From the NCBI GenBank assembly GCA_017859785.1, contig JAFMMJ010000001.1, forward strand, positions 9,618 through 73,617: a stretch of 64,000 bases of DNA, written 5' to 3'. Positions within the stretch are counted from its first letter, which is position 1, and each line of letters starts with the position of its first letter. Made by a program: the position numbers and the translations under genes. Under the pieces are notes generated by a model that was not told the origin of the DNA, made no database searches, and saw only the letters and a list, made by a program, of their open reading frames with translations. Of this stretch, positions 26,455-36,285 are shown piece after piece. The DNA is from Ilumatobacteraceae bacterium (GTDB taxonomy: Bacteria > Actinomycetota > Acidimicrobiia > Acidimicrobiales > Ilumatobacteraceae).

Positions 26455-27993
26455 TCATCGCAGTCCGAGCCGCGCGAACTGCTCCCCCGGGGCGTCGACC
26501 TGCTCGAGCGCGTGACGAAGGAGTTCCACGGCCTCTGGCTCGAGCGCCGAACCCGCGCGATCCTCTGCGAAGGCAGGGTCGTCGGCCAGATGCAGGTGAT
26601 GATCGTCGACCGGCATCGCGTGGGACCAGAACGGCAAGAGATCGCCCTCAACGAAGGGCTGGCGGATCACGGGCACCTCCGAACCGGGCATCGACCGCAG
26701 TTCGGCTCGGCCGTCGGGACGCGGGAAGCGGTAGCCGGGGACCGCGTGTTCGATCGGCATCGACGACCAGCGATTCGACCACATCGCGAGCGGATACGGA
26801 TCGCCGACGGCTGATCGGCCGTAGGTGCGCTCGGCATCGACGACATAGACATGCCGCGACCAGTAGCCAGCGAGCAAATGATCGCGCACCGAATCGACGC
26901 GGCCCTCAATCAGATCGACAAGGGAGCGACCGTGAGTGCGGTGCTCCGGGGTCACGCCGAAGACCTCGCACAGGGTCGCATGGAGGTCGACGGTCGTGGT
27001 TAACGCCTTCTCGCGGCGGGGTTCAACGCCAGGCCAGCGGACCATTAGCGGTATGCGAGCGAGTTCGGGCCACAGCGGCGCACCCGGCTTGCCGAAGAGA
27101 TCACGCTCCCCGAGGTAGAGGCCGTGGTCGGTGCACACCATGACAGCGACGTCATCGCCGAGACGGTCAACGGCGTCGAGCACCTGACCGAACCAGTGGT
27201 CGATCATCGAGAGTTTCGAGCCGTAGTTGCAGCGGATGTGCGCAGCCTCCCGCGGGGTGAGGACACCTCGCTCGAGGGCACCCACCGCATAGGGCGGCCA
27301 GATCAACCGCTCCCCTTCCCAGTCCGCGTCATACATGGATGCCCAAGGTTCAGGGGTGTCGAAGGGCTCATGCGGATCGAACTCGTCGATGAGCAGCAGG
27401 AAGCGGTCGTGGTGAGGCGCGGACACATCCAGCCATTCGGCGGCCGCCCGCATCGTCCTCGGGCCAGGGAAGTCGGCTTCATCTCGGAACCAGGTGCGCG
27501 AGTCGTCGTACGGGCGATGAATCGGAGCCGGCCGCGCGGGCAAGGCCGGGGCGCCGACAGCGGTGGCGTCGGCATGGGTTCGCCACGGGTCGTTCTCGCT
27601 TCCGCGCAGGTACTCCCAGGCGGTGAAGTCGGTGTGGTAGTTCTCGCCGCCGGTTTCGAACAGATGAGGGTGATCGGTCACGAGCATCGTCGTGACCCCG
27701 GATCGACGAAGCGACGCGGTGATCGACTCCTCCCACACCTCAATCGAGCCCCACGGCCTCCAGAGGAAGTCGAGCGAGCCGACCAACAGATCGTGCCGAG
27801 CTGGAATGCACGGCAGGGAACCGACGTGATGTCGATCGAACACGACCGACTCCCGAGCGAACCGGTCGAGGTTCGGCGTCTCGAACTCGTCCGATCCCCA
27901 TGCGCCGAGAAGGTGCCGGTTCAAGCTGTCGAGCAGCACGACTACCACACGGTCCGGTCGCTTCAGCGCGGAGGCATCGCCGTGCGGGTCCAT
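26455..27993 (-). CDS. sulfatase-family protein (alkaline-phosphatase superfamily)
   Basis: N-terminal LLDSLNRH...SLPCIPARHDLLVGS contains the CxPxR formylglycine motif. Confidence 0.8.
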   Translation of the reverse strand: MDPHGDASALKRPDRVVVVLLDSLNRHLLGAWGSDEFETPNLDRFARESVVFDRHHVGSLPCIPARHDLLVGSLDFLWRPWGSIEVWEESITASLRRSGVTTMLVTDHPHLFETGGENYHTDFTAWEYLRGSENDPWRTHADATAVGAPALPARPAPIHRPYDDSRTWFRDEADFPGPRTMRAAAEWLDVSAPHHDRFLLLIDEFDPHEPFDTPEPWASMYDADWEGERLIWPPYAVGALERGVLTPREAAHIRCNYGSKLSMIDHWFGQVLDAVDRLGDDVAVMVCTDHGLYLGERDLFGKPGAPLWPELARIPLMVRWPGVEPRREKALTTTVDLHATLCEVFGVTPEHRTHGRSLVDLIEGRVDSVRDHLLAGYWSRHVYVVDAERTYGRSAVGDPYPLAMWSNRWSSMPIEHAVPGYRFPRPDGRAELRSMPGSEVPVIRQPFVEGDLLPFWSHAMPVDDHHLHLADDPAFAEDRAGSALEPEAVELLRHALEQVDAPGEQFARLGLR

Positions 27994-28055
27994 GTCCGGA
28001 ACTTAGTGCGGCTGATGTCTGGAACATCTCGGGTCGACAGCGGTTGACTGCAGTC

Positions 28056-29426
28056 ATGACGGAAGCTCCGGAGCACTTCGACCTCGTGATCATCGGATCA
28101 GGCTCAGGGAACCACATCCCCGACTACCTCGATGATCGACGCATCGCGATCGTCGAGCGTGACGTCTTCGGAGGAACCTGCCTGAATCGGGGATGCATCC
28201 CCTCGAAGATGTTCGTCCTCCCCGCCGATCGACTCACCGAAGCAGCCGAAGCGGACCGTCTCGGGATTGACATCCCGGCGGGTCGCGCCGACTGGGCCGC
28301 CATCAGGGATCGCATCTTCAACCGGATCGACCCGATCTCGGCCAGCGGACGCGACTACCGCGCCGAGCGGTGCCCGAATATCACCCTTATCGAGGGGACC
28401 GCCTGCTTCATCGACGCCTCCACCATCGACGTCGATGGACGACGAATCACCGGAGACGACATCCTCATCGCCGTTGGATCGCGACCCGTGGTGCCACCGA
28501 TCCCAGGTCTCGTCGAAACCGGGTTCCATACAAGCGACTCGATCATGCGTCTCGATGCGCTCCCGGAGCGCCTCGGCATCATCGGCGGCGGTTACATCGC
28601 GGCCGAGATGGGCCACGTGTTCGCCGGCCTCGGCTCGCGGGTGTCGATGTTTAACCGCTCAGATCGACTGCTGTCGTCCCACGACCACGAGATCTCGCAA
28701 CGCTTCACTGAGGTGTTCGGCCGTCGAGTCGATCTCCACCTCGGTCATCTGCCGACGCGGGTGGAGCGCCGTGACGGCAGCATCGTCGTGCACGACCCTG
28801 AGGGCGAGATCGTGGTTGACCAACTGCTTGTCGCCACCGGACGGGAACCCAACAGCGACCTCCTCGAAGCGGAGCGGGCAGGCCTCACCATGCACCATCA
28901 CGGAACGATCGTGGTCGACGAGTTCCAGCGCACTTCTGTTCCCCGCATGTGGGCGGTCGGAGACGTGGCGAACAACAACAACCTCAAGCACGTCGCCAAC
29001 GCCGAAGCCCACGCCGCCTTCTGGAACATCGCCCACCCCGATGACCTACATCGAGTCGACCTCGGCCCGATCCCGGCCGCCGTGTTCAGCCATCCCCAGA
29101 TCGCCGCCGTTGGCGTGACCGAATCCGAGGCATCGGAGCAGGGCATCGACGTCGTGATCGGCCGCCGCGACTACGGCGGTACCGCCTACGGCTGGGCGCT
29201 CGCCGATGAGACATCCTTCGCGAAGGTGATCGTGGATCGATCCACGGGATTCGTGGTCGGGGCGCACATCATCGGCCCTCAGGCGGCCACGCTGATCCAA
29301 CCGCTCGTGCAAGGGATGCGTTTCGGTCAGACGGCCCGAGAGTTGGCGGAGGACGTGTACTACATCCACCCGGCGCTCACCGAGGTCGTTGAGAACGCCC
29401 TCCTGGAAGCGGTCGGTCAACTCTGA
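28056..29426 (+). CDS. mtr: pyridine nucleotide-disulfide oxidoreductase, mycothione-reductase-like
   Basis: Trimmed to ATG 28056. FAD fold DLVIIGSGSGN, redox-active disulfide GGTCLNRGCIPSK and a C-terminal dimerisation-domain HP motif. The symbol is tentative. Confidence 0.75.
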   Translation: MTEAPEHFDLVIIGSGSGNHIPDYLDDRRIAIVERDVFGGTCLNRGCIPSKMFVLPADRLTEAAEADRLGIDIPAGRADWAAIRDRIFNRIDPISASGRDYRAERCPNITLIEGTACFIDASTIDVDGRRITGDDILIAVGSRPVVPPIPGLVETGFHTSDSIMRLDALPERLGIIGGGYIAAEMGHVFAGLGSRVSMFNRSDRLLSSHDHEISQRFTEVFGRRVDLHLGHLPTRVERRDGSIVVHDPEGEIVVDQLLVATGREPNSDLLEAERAGLTMHHHGTIVVDEFQRTSVPRMWAVGDVANNNNLKHVANAEAHAAFWNIAHPDDLHRVDLGPIPAAVFSHPQIAAVGVTESEASEQGIDVVIGRRDYGGTAYGWALADETSFAKVIVDRSTGFVVGAHIIGPQAATLIQPLVQGMRFGQTARELAEDVYYIHPALTEVVENALLEAVGQL

Positions 29427-29466
29427 GGCTTACCGGGCACCCCAGCAGGGTGCTCGGTAAGGGGTT

Positions 29467-29895
29467 ATGGTCACTTTCATGATCGCGATCCTTCTCGACA
29501 CACCCGGTTACCGAATCATGGCGCTGCTCCACATCCTGAGCGCCATCGTCGCCTTCGGCCCGCTCCTCCTTTATTCCGGGCTCCACAAGGCTGGTGAGAC
29601 GACCACGATCGCCCGACTGCATATGCGCCTCACCTTCCCAGCGCTGATCGCGCTCTGGGTGCTCGGCATGGGGCTCGCTGGAATGTCCGAGGACAACTAC
29701 AAGGTGGCCGACCCGTGGATCAGCATCTCGATCGTGATCTGGGCAGTGCTCGTCGCCGTCAGTTGGCTCATGATTCGGCCCGCCATCTCGAGCGACAGCC
29801 CGTCGGCTGCGTCTCGCATGGCAGCGGGCACCGGCATCAGCCACACCTTGCTGCTGATCGGTTTGATCCTGATGGTGTGGAAGCCCGGGGCCTGA
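29467..29895 (+). CDS. hypothetical membrane protein (4 TM)
   Basis: 142 aa, ATG start, four hydrophobic helices. No family recognised. Confidence 0.5.
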   Translation: MVTFMIAILLDTPGYRIMALLHILSAIVAFGPLLLYSGLHKAGETTTIARLHMRLTFPALIALWVLGMGLAGMSEDNYKVADPWISISIVIWAVLVAVSWLMIRPAISSDSPSAASRMAAGTGISHTLLLIGLILMVWKPGA

Positions 29896-29904
29896 GCCCC
29901 GGGC
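29883..29904. terminator. hairpin between the convergent membrane-protein gene and recA
   Basis: GCCCGGGGC (29883-29891) pairs with GCCCCGGGC (29896-29904) around a 4-nt loop that contains the plus-strand gene's TGA. Confidence 0.5.
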
Positions 29905-29932
29905 CCTCAGCACCGTGAACTAACCGGAACGG

Positions 29933-30982
29933 TCAGTCGATCTCGATCGGCTCGTCGTCGGCCTCGGTGAACTCCTCAGCGTCGACCTCGCTGTCGCGAA
30001 GACCGGCCGCCACCAGCACCTTCTCGCTGATCTCGACCATCACCTCGGGGTGCTCGGTGAGGAAGTTCTTGGCGTTCTCACGGCCCTGGCCGAGCTGTTC
30101 GCCCTCGTAGGTGAACCAGGCTCCCGACTTCGTGACGATGCCGAGGTCGACCGCCATGTCGATGAGGGTGCCCTCACGGCTGATCCCCTTGCCATACATG
30201 ATGTCGAATTCCGCCTGACGGAAGGGAGGCGACACCTTGTTCTTGACGACCTTGACGCGGGTGCGGTTGCCGACGACCTCAGCCCCGTCTTTCAGGGACT
30301 CGATGCGGCGGATGTCGAGGCGGACCGACGAGTAGAACTTGAGGGCTCGCCCACCCGGAGTGGTCTCGGGGGAGCCGAACATCACGCCAATCTTCTCGCG
30401 CAGCTGGTTGATGAACACCGCGATGGTGCCCGTCTTGTTGAGGTTGGCGGTGATCTTGCGGAGCGCCTGGCTCATGAGCCGAGCCTGCAAACCGACGTGG
30501 CTGTCACCCATCTCACCCTCGATCTCGGCCCGAGGTGTGAGGGCAGCGACCGAGTCAATGACGATCACGTCGATGGCGCCGGAGCGCACGAGCATGTCGG
30601 CGATCTCAAGGGCCTGCTCGCCGGTGTCAGGCTGGGAGATGAGCAACTGGTCGACGTCGACTCCGATGGCCCGGGCGTAGATCGGATCCATGGCGTGCTC
30701 GGCATCGATGTAGGCGCAGGTGCCGCCGTTGCGCTGGGCCTCGGCGACGACATGCATCGCGAGGGTGGACTTACCCGAGGACTCCGGGCCGTAGATCTCG
30801 GTGACGCGACCGCGCGGAAGACCACCGATGCCGAGAGCGAGATCGAGGGAGAGGGCACCAGTCGAGATCGCCTCGATGGCCATCGAGCCCTTCTCTCCCA
30901 TTCGCATGATCGAGCCCTTGCCGAACTGCTTGTCGATCTGGGCGAGTGCCATGTCGAGTGCCTTGTCGCGGTCGTTGCTCAT
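29933..30982 (-). CDS. recA: recombinase RecA
   Basis: Trimmed to ATG 30982 (AGGAGG RBS). The sequence [30 protein letters not shown]... has Walker [10 protein letters not shown]. It is 349 aa and contiguous, with no intein. Confidence 0.95.
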   Translation of the reverse strand: MSNDRDKALDMALAQIDKQFGKGSIMRMGEKGSMAIEAISTGALSLDLALGIGGLPRGRVTEIYGPESSGKSTLAMHVVAEAQRNGGTCAYIDAEHAMDPIYARAIGVDVDQLLISQPDTGEQALEIADMLVRSGAIDVIVIDSVAALTPRAEIEGEMGDSHVGLQARLMSQALRKITANLNKTGTIAVFINQLREKIGVMFGSPETTPGGRALKFYSSVRLDIRRIESLKDGAEVVGNRTRVKVVKNKVSPPFRQAEFDIMYGKGISREGTLIDMAVDLGIVTKSGAWFTYEGEQLGQGRENAKNFLTEHPEVMVEISEKVLVAAGLRDSEVDAEEFTEADDEPIEID

Positions 30983-31135
30983 AACGGCTGCCTCCTGTGT
31001 GGTGTTGGTGGGCTCGGGCCCGGGTGTGGTGCCGACCGGTTGATCGGTGTCGGCGAACCTATGAAGGGGGTGTGACAGCGGCCGGGGCCCCGTCACGGGT
31101 GAGTCGTTGGCTGGGAACGACATCAATGTAACTCA

Positions 31136-31150
31136 TCGAACATGCGTTCG
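31136..31150. promoter_or_regulatory. SOS box upstream of recA
   Basis: TCGAACatgcGTTCG has perfect half-sites. It lies about 150 nt upstream of the recA ATG. Confidence 0.8.
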
Positions 31151-31200
31151 CAAGCACCAATGTTGTTCGATCGCGTCGGCTGAACCGCCGACGGCGCAGG

Positions 31201-31680
31201 TCAGAGCGTGCCGTCTCGCCGACCCGCCATCTCGTCCTCATCAGGTCGACGCATGAAGAGGTCGACCGCCTGCCAGAGGGTGAACGAGATCGGGTACCAG
31301 ATAGCCGGTCCGGCGAGAGCGATCGCACCGACGATCACCACGATCGGAACGGTCGGGATGTCGGGCAAGGTCAACACGACCGCCACGAGGATGGCGATCA
31401 GGATCGACAGGAAGGTCAAGATGATGTTGGCCGTCGTCGCTCCGAGTTCGAACGCTTCGTCACCGCGACGATACGGATGACGACACCGTCGGCATCGGTC
31501 CGTTCGCGTGAACCACCCCGTGAAGTACGCGCGACGATCCCCGCACCATGGGCAACGGCGCGTCAACCCACGAGCCATCAATCGGAGGAAGCCCGGGAAC
31601 TCGGTGATCGGCGTAGCGACAGTCCCGTCGATGGAGCCGGATTCGGCGCGCTCAGGGGTCGAGTCGTCGGGGGGCGACAC
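31201..31680 (-). CDS. DUF983-like membrane protein
   Basis: Zinc-ribbon-like CPWCG...CRRCRH followed by two TM helices. GTG start; its position is uncertain. Confidence 0.6.
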   Translation of the reverse strand: MSPPDDSTPERAESGSIDGTVATPITEFPGFLRLMARGLTRRCPWCGDRRAYFTGWFTRTDRCRRCRHPYRRGDEAFELGATTANIILTFLSILIAILVAVVLTLPDIPTVPIVVIVGAIALAGPAIWYPISFTLWQAVDLFMRRPDEDEMAGRRDGTL

Positions 31681-31697
31681 GCCGATGAACCTAACGC

Positions 31698-32540
31698 ATG
31701 GTGGGCCTGCGCTTCAGGCACACTTGTGGCGTGCAACGCTCGTTCTCCGCTGTGCTGCTCCTCGTGGCGGCCATCGCCATCGGGATGAGCATCGGCGCCT
31801 GGTGGCTCGACCGAACGGTGTTCTCCCCAAGCCCCTCCCCCGATCTCGCCGAGGCGGTGCTCGACGACGCCGAGATCCGCCTCGAGATCAACGCCTTCAT
31901 CTCGGCGCGCACCGCGAGTGTTCTCGAGACGACGCCGGATGCCCTCGGCGCGTTCCTCGAGGAATCGGTGCTGCCAACGCCCGGCGGCGCCGTCGAGCTC
32001 GCCGAGTTCGTGCAACGCGCCCACCTTCGGGTCATCGGAAGCAACGACGACTCGATCGTGATCGTGCCAAGCGAACTCGTGCGCATCGTGCGCGACGAGC
32101 GGGCCTATGAGGCCGAGGCGGCGACCGTGCCCGTTCCGGTGATCGGCACCCTGAAGACCTTCCATACGGCAGCGGGCTGGATTTTCCGGATTGCGGGCGG
32201 CATCGGCCTGCTCACGCTGCTCGCCGGCCTCATCACCCGCCCGTATCGGTCAGAGATCGTCCGGGCTATCGCCGAGTTGCTCATGTCGATCGGCATCTGG
32301 ATGGTCGTGCTCGGCTACGCGGTGCCTGTGCACGTCGTGCCGGCTATCGACAACAACACCTGGACCGGGCTCGCCCCGCGGCTCGCCCTGCGCGTCGCGC
32401 CGACCACCATCGGCGCGGCGATCGTGTTGGTCTTCGGAGGACTCGCGCTCCTCCTAGCCAGCCTGAGCGGAGGTCGACGCCGGCAGTGGTCGTCACCGAT
32501 CCCGGCGATGCAGAACCGCGACCAGCACCGCTGGAGCTGA
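31698..32540 (+). CDS. hypothetical integral membrane protein
   Basis: 280 aa, ATG start, an N-terminal TM segment and several C-terminal TM segments. No family recognised. Confidence 0.5.
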   Translation: MVGLRFRHTCGVQRSFSAVLLLVAAIAIGMSIGAWWLDRTVFSPSPSPDLAEAVLDDAEIRLEINAFISARTASVLETTPDALGAFLEESVLPTPGGAVELAEFVQRAHLRVIGSNDDSIVIVPSELVRIVRDERAYEAEAATVPVPVIGTLKTFHTAAGWIFRIAGGIGLLTLLAGLITRPYRSEIVRAIAELLMSIGIWMVVLGYAVPVHVVPAIDNNTWTGLAPRLALRVAPTTIGAAIVLVFGGLALLLASLSGGRRRQWSSPIPAMQNRDQHRWS

Positions 32541-32552
32541 GCGCGAACTCCC

Positions 32553-33920
32553 TCAGCCGGTGAGTTCGGCCACGAACTCACCGAAGACATCGGCGTAACG
32601 CATCGCGTCCTGATCGGTGTGCATCACCGAGATCAGCCATTGCTCATCGAGACCCGGGGGAAGCAACACCCCGCGGTTGATGCCGTGGATCCACTGGGCG
32701 AACGCGAGGTCGAAATCGGTCGCCTTGTAGTCGCGGTAGTTCCGGACGCGCTCTCTCGACCAGGTGATGCATCCCTTCGCCCCGAACTCGACGGTGTGCG
32801 CCGGGATGCCCGAGTCGTCGATGATCGACTGGCAGGCCTCGACGAGTCGATGGTTGCGGTCGACCGTCTCGCCCACCACGTCGCGAGTGCACGCTTCGGT
32901 GAGGGTGGCCTTCACGGCCGCCATCACGAGAGGGTTGCCGTTGTACGTGCCGAGGTGGAGCACCGTGCCGTCGGTGATGTGCGCCATCAAATCGGCTCGA
33001 CCGCCGAACGCGCCGACGGGGAATCCGCCGCCGATCGACTTGGCGAGGGTGATCAGGTCGGGGCGCACGCCGAGCTGGTTGGTAGCACCGCCGTAGCCCG
33101 CGGTGATCCCCGTCTTCACCTCGTCGAAGATCAACAGCGTGCCGTGACGCTCGGTGATCTCGCGGACGGCTTCGAGATAGCCCGGGTCTGGCAGGCAGAT
33201 GCCGATGTTCTCCATCACTGGCTCGACAATGAAGCAGGCGACGTCTCCCCCGGAGAGCGCGCGGTCGAGGGCCTCGGGATTGTTGTAGGGGATGACGATG
33301 ACGTCATCGATGGTGCCCTGAGTGATACCGGCCGACTGCGGCACCGAGTTGGGACGATCAGCGGGGCCCGCCAGATCGAGCGGGGGCTTGTTGGAGATCA
33401 TCACCTCGTCGTGGTGACCGTGGTAGCCGCCCTCCACTTTCACGATCCGCTCGCGGCCCGTCACCCCGCGCGCGAGGCGGATGGCGTCCATCGTCGCCTC
33501 GGTGCCCGAGTTCGTCGGGCGCCACATCGGGAAGCCGTAGCGGTCGCGAAGGATCTCGCCGACCTCGCCGTTGAGTTCACATGGCGTGACGTAGAGCGTG
33601 CCCGAGTCGAGCTGCTCGGCGACCGCTCGACGGACAGCCGGGTGCATGTGGCCGGCGAAGAGCGCTCCGAAACCCATGTCGTAGTCGACGTAGACGTTGC
33701 CATCGACATCGGTCATGTGGGCTCCGGCGGCGTGCCGAACCACGATGGGATGCGGGTCGTACGCCTGGAAACTCGACGGCACCCCGGCCGGCATGACCTG
33801 GCGTGTGCGGTCGGTGGCCGCCTGCGAGCCGGCGGTCCGCTCCGCGTAGCGAGCGACCTCTCGCTCGGTGATCTTCTTCGCTCGGGCGACGAGACCCGTC
33901 TCGGCTTCCGTCGTCGTCAT
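32553..33920 (-). CDS. class III PLP aminotransferase (glutamate-1-semialdehyde aminomutase-like family)
   Basis: Family blocks TNSGTEATM, LLIFDEVKTG and TLAKSIGGGFP. Start moved to ATG 33920 (GAGGAG 6 nt upstream). ATG 33938 is the outer bound. Confidence 0.85.
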   Translation of the reverse strand: MTTTEAETGLVARAKKITEREVARYAERTAGSQAATDRTRQVMPAGVPSSFQAYDPHPIVVRHAAGAHMTDVDGNVYVDYDMGFGALFAGHMHPAVRRAVAEQLDSGTLYVTPCELNGEVGEILRDRYGFPMWRPTNSGTEATMDAIRLARGVTGRERIVKVEGGYHGHHDEVMISNKPPLDLAGPADRPNSVPQSAGITQGTIDDVIVIPYNNPEALDRALSGGDVACFIVEPVMENIGICLPDPGYLEAVREITERHGTLLIFDEVKTGITAGYGGATNQLGVRPDLITLAKSIGGGFPVGAFGGRADLMAHITDGTVLHLGTYNGNPLVMAAVKATLTEACTRDVVGETVDRNHRLVEACQSIIDDSGIPAHTVEFGAKGCITWSRERVRNYRDYKATDFDLAFAQWIHGINRGVLLPPGLDEQWLISVMHTDQDAMRYADVFGEFVAELTG

Positions 33921-34035
33921 GTCGACTCCTCGTGACATACGTGCGACCCACCTCGGCGGCAGTGTCGCGCGATACCCCTGCGATATCGCGTTGCCAAGAA
34001 ACTACCAGAGCCCCCGATTGGGCACCGGCGGCGGA

Positions 34036-35244
34036 TCAGCTGCGCGGCACCTTGATCCAGGGAAGGTCTTTGTCGACCCGTGGCTCACCGGGCAAGCCGA
34101 GTACCTGCTCGCCGATGATGTTCTTCAAGATCTCCGAGGTGCCGCCTTCGATCGAGTTGGCCCGCACTCGCAGGAACGCGTACTGCGGACTCTTGGAGGC
34201 TCCGGTCGCATCGAGCTCGGTGGGGCGGCGGAACGTGTAGTCGTAGTCGACCATCCCCGCGGCGCCGAGCAGATCGATGCAGAAGTCGTAGAGCTCCTTG
34301 TTGAGGTTGGCGAACTCGAGTTTCGCGACCGACCCCTCGGGACCGGGGTTGCCGGTCCGGAGCGACTCGGCGGCTCGGAGGTTGGTAAGGCGCGCCACCT
34401 CGCCGCGAACCCAGAGCTCCATCAGCCGCGCCTTGCGGGTCTCGGTGCGCTCGGTCGCATCGAGGTCGGCCCAAATCCGTACCGCGTCGTTCGCGGGTCC
34501 ACCCCGCACCGGCTTCGAGGAGCCGGCTCCCCCCGAACCGATCGCAGTTCGTTCGTTCATCAGGGTGGTGAGCGCGACGCGCCAGCCCTCACCCTCGGCG
34601 CCGATGCGTTGATCGTCGGGGATCCGAGTGTCGGTGAGGTACACCTCGTTGAACTCGGCCTCTCCGGTGATCTGGCGAAGTGGACGCACCTCGACACCCG
34701 GAGCCCGCATGTCGACGGCGAAGTAGGTCATGCCCCGGTGCTTCGGAGACTCGGGGTCGGTCCTCGTGACCAGCATTCCCCAGTCGGCGAGGTGCGCGAG
34801 CGTGTTCCACACCTTCTGGCCGTTCACGATCCACTCGTCACCGTCGCGCACGGCGCGGGTGGCGAGTCCGGCGAAGTCGGACCCGGCGCCCGGCTCGGAG
34901 AACAGTTGGCACCAACGCTCCTCGCCGGTGAACATCGGACGCAGGAACCGTCGCTTCTGCTCCTCCGAGCCATGGGTCACGATCGTCGGACCGGCGAGGG
35001 CCTGAAAGAACGACGTCGGGTCGGCAGCGGCCGCTCCAGCGGAGCGCATCCGCTTCTCGATCTCGCGGTTCAGATCGGGTCGGAACCCGAGTCCTCCGAG
35101 GCCCTCGGGAAAATGCACCCAAGCGAGACCCGCGTCGAACCGCGCTCCGCGGAACTCACGATCGTCCATCGACTTCGGGTCGTGATCAGCGAGGAAGGCC
35201 TCGACGCGCTCGACAACGGTCTGCAACTGGGTGTCAGTGCTCAT
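34036..35244 (-). CDS. acyl-CoA dehydrogenase
   Basis: ACAD N, middle and C domains (e.g. WCQLFSEPGAGSD, IEGGTSEILKNIIGE). Start at ATG 35244 (GGGAG upstream) or GTG 35250. Confidence 0.88.
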   Translation of the reverse strand: MSTDTQLQTVVERVEAFLADHDPKSMDDREFRGARFDAGLAWVHFPEGLGGLGFRPDLNREIEKRMRSAGAAAADPTSFFQALAGPTIVTHGSEEQKRRFLRPMFTGEERWCQLFSEPGAGSDFAGLATRAVRDGDEWIVNGQKVWNTLAHLADWGMLVTRTDPESPKHRGMTYFAVDMRAPGVEVRPLRQITGEAEFNEVYLTDTRIPDDQRIGAEGEGWRVALTTLMNERTAIGSGGAGSSKPVRGGPANDAVRIWADLDATERTETRKARLMELWVRGEVARLTNLRAAESLRTGNPGPEGSVAKLEFANLNKELYDFCIDLLGAAGMVDYDYTFRRPTELDATGASKSPQYAFLRVRANSIEGGTSEILKNIIGEQVLGLPGEPRVDKDLPWIKVPRS

Positions 35245-35311
35245 CGGCACAGTCTCCCAGAGCGGGCGGGTGGGGAACGACCCACGCCATGGCAGACTGT
35301 CGCCCGCACAT

Positions 35312-35389
35312 GGTGGGCGTAGCTCAGGTGGTTAGAGCGTCAGGTTGTGGCCCTGAAGGCCGGGGGTTCAAGTCCCCTCGCTCACCCCA
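35312..35389 (+). tRNA. tRNA-His (anticodon GTG)
   Basis: The cloverleaf can be drawn by hand. It has the extra G(-1) at 35312, acceptor GTGGGCG/CGCTCAC, anticodon loop TTGTGGC, T-loop GGTTCAAGT and an encoded CCA. Confidence 0.9.
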
Positions 35390-35443
35390 GGGCCCGGGCA
35401 GTTGGGCGGTGGTTGGCCTCCGCCTACACTGCCCGGGCTTCGA

Positions 35444-35518
35444 CCGCCTCTAGCTCAACGGCAGAGCAGTGGACTCTTAATCCATTGGTTCTGGGTTCGA
35501 ATCCCAGGGGGCGGACCA
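35444..35518 (+). tRNA. tRNA-Lys (anticodon CTT)
   Basis: Acceptor CCGCCTC/GGGGCGG, D-arm GCTCAACGGCAGAGC, anticodon loop CTCTTAA, T-arm CTGGGTTCGAATCCCAG and an encoded CCA. Confidence 0.9.
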
Positions 35519-35533
35519 CCGCGCCGCTCCGGC

Positions 35534-36232
35534 TCAGCCGGCGAGCGGTGAGGCCAACCGACTGGTGACGGCCTCGCGAACCTGATCGTCGAAGCTGCGC
35601 ACGTGCGCCTCGACGAGCGCGGCGACACGATCGGCGTCGCCCACGCGGAAACCATCGAGGATCTCCCGGTGCTCGTCGACGGCGTGACGAGTGTCGGCCA
35701 CCTCGGCGAGATACATGTGCCACACCCGGTCGCTCTGCGCGTAGAGCATGTCGAGCGTGTCGGTCATGAACCGGTTGCCGGCGGCTGACCAGATGAGTTC
35801 GTGGCAGCGGCGGTCGACCTCGAGGAGATCCTCGGGGGCGAGTCCGGGTTGATCGGCGCCAGCGATGACCTCGGCCATCTCGCTCCAATCAGCGGCCGAT
35901 CCGCGGTGCGCGGCGAGCCTCGCGGCGTAGGGCTCGAGGATCGCTCGGGTCTCGTACAGCATCGAGAGTTCGTCGACATCGATGGAGGAGACGAACATGC
36001 CGCGCCTTGGGATGACGGTGACGAATTGTTCCCGGGCGAGACGCTGGAGCGCTTCGCGGATCGGGGTGCGGCCGATACCGAACTCAGCCTGGAGCGTCTC
36101 CTCACGGAGCACGTCGCCGGGCGCCAGATCGAGTCGGACGATCCGTCGGCGGAGGCTCTCGTAGGCCTGTGTACTCAGTGGGATATTCGTGATACATTGA
36201 TGATATATCAGGTCCGCTCGGGTCGCACCCAC
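35534..36232 (-). CDS. GntR-family transcriptional regulator (FadR/FCD subfamily)
   Basis: Winged HTH (YESLRRRIVRLDLAPGDVLREETLQAEFGIGRTPIREALQRL) and a C-terminal FCD domain. The GTG start at 36232 is uncertain because codons 8-17 lie in an AT-rich palindromic patch. Confidence 0.85.
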   Translation of the reverse strand: MGATRADLIYHQCITNIPLSTQAYESLRRRIVRLDLAPGDVLREETLQAEFGIGRTPIREALQRLAREQFVTVIPRRGMFVSSIDVDELSMLYETRAILEPYAARLAAHRGSAADWSEMAEVIAGADQPGLAPEDLLEVDRRCHELIWSAAGNRFMTDTLDMLYAQSDRVWHMYLAEVADTRHAVDEHREILDGFRVGDADRVAALVEAHVRSFDDQVREAVTSRLASPLAG

Positions 36233-36285
36233 CGGGTTCGATACGAGAGACCGGACACCGATTCCACAACAACAGGGGGATTCCC

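Noticed and set aside
29933-31126. RecA intein or N-terminal extension (397-aa ORF)
   Set aside because: The protein from ATG 30982 is a contiguous 349-aa RecA. The 48 upstream codons have no RecA homology, and they precede a strong AGGAGG RBS.
35390-35443. Long hairpin (GCCCGGGCAGT ... ACTGCCCGGGC) between tRNA-His and tRNA-Lys as a small RNA or mobile-element end
   Set aside because: It sits within a probable di-tRNA primary transcript and is most simply a processing or spacer structure. There are no flanking direct repeats and no integrase.
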